Below, in pieces: positions 63,585 to 64,000 of a stretch of DNA of 64,000 bases. The translations under genes were made by a program, and so were the position numbers. The notes under the pieces are model-generated. The model did no database searches. It was not told where the DNA came from and worked only from the letters and a program-made list of their open reading frames with translations. This DNA is from an uncultured Chloroflexia bacterium (lineage in GTDB: Bacteria; Chloroflexota; Anaerolineae; CG2-30-64-16): NCBI GenBank assembly GCA_963810095.1, contig CAWEMM010000010.1:160001-224000 (forward strand), given 5' to 3'. Each line of letters begins with the position of its first letter. Position 1 is the first letter of the stretch.

Positions 63585-64000
63585 GCCAGCCCGCGCTTCC
63601 CGCCCCGGCGCTCCTGCGCCGGGTGCCCTACTTCTCGCAGCTGTCCGAAGCAGTGCTTGCAGCGCTGGCGGCGGCATGCGTCGAGCGGCATTACGACCGG
63701 GGGCAGGTCATCTTCCTGGAGGGTGAGCCGTGCGCCGGGCTGCACGTGGTGGCGGCGGGCGAGGTGAAGATCTTCAAGCTCTCGCCGCAGGGGCGCGAGC
63801 AGATCATCCACCGGATCGGTGCGGGCGACACCTTCAACGACGTTGCCGTGCTCGACGGTGGGCCCAACCCTGCCAGCGCGGCGGCCCTCACCGACGCCCG
63901 TCTCTGGGTCATCACGCGCGCCGAGATGCAGCGACTGGCGCAGGCGCAGCCCGCGCTAGCCTGGGCGTTGATCGAGAGCGTTGCCAGCCGGGCGCGGCAC
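63581..64000 (+). CDS. Crp/Fnr family regulator, 3'-truncated by the window edge
   Basis: LRRVPYFSQL, IFLEGE, GEVKIFKLSPQGREQI, GDTFNDVAVLDGGPNPASA motifs. Confidence 0.88.
   Translation, partial: MSQPALPAPALLRRVPYFSQLSEAVLAALAAACVERHYDRGQVIFLEGEPCAGLHVVAAGEVKIFKLSPQGREQIIHRIGAGDTFNDVAVLDGGPNPASAAALTDARLWVITRAEMQRLAQAQPALAWALIESVASRARH

Overview
High-GC bacterial chromosomal window, mostly housekeeping genes. It is most consistent with a Chloroflexota (Anaerolineae/Caldilineae-like) genome; this is inferred from the archaeal/eukaryal-type ProRS and Asd, a T-box, Rex, and a secreted protein ending in an FLPLL tail. Contents: proS, pcm, rfbD, clpC, rpsA, ridA, leuS (with a ~130-aa insert), two tRNA-Ala genes, an arginine cluster (argC-argB-argD-argA-hom-argG-argJ, with argH further downstream), a T-box-controlled aspartokinase-hom-asd operon, acs, a BrnTA toxin-antitoxin pair, and rex followed by an hfsABC-like sensory [FeFe]-hydrogenase module. 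The best candidate for an undescribed system is a ribosome-dependent arginine attenuator upstream of argC: promoter, RBS, a 17-aa leader peptide with CGT-CGT-CGT, a 20-nt repeat that can act as antiterminator, and an intrinsic terminator. Next to it is a ~640-bp segment bounded by 49-bp inverted repeats and carrying an orphan ORF. At least five families of palindromic REP-like intergenic repeats recur throughout. About nine genes are frameshifted, most likely from long-read indel errors. All calls come from reading the sequence; no searches or folding programs were run.
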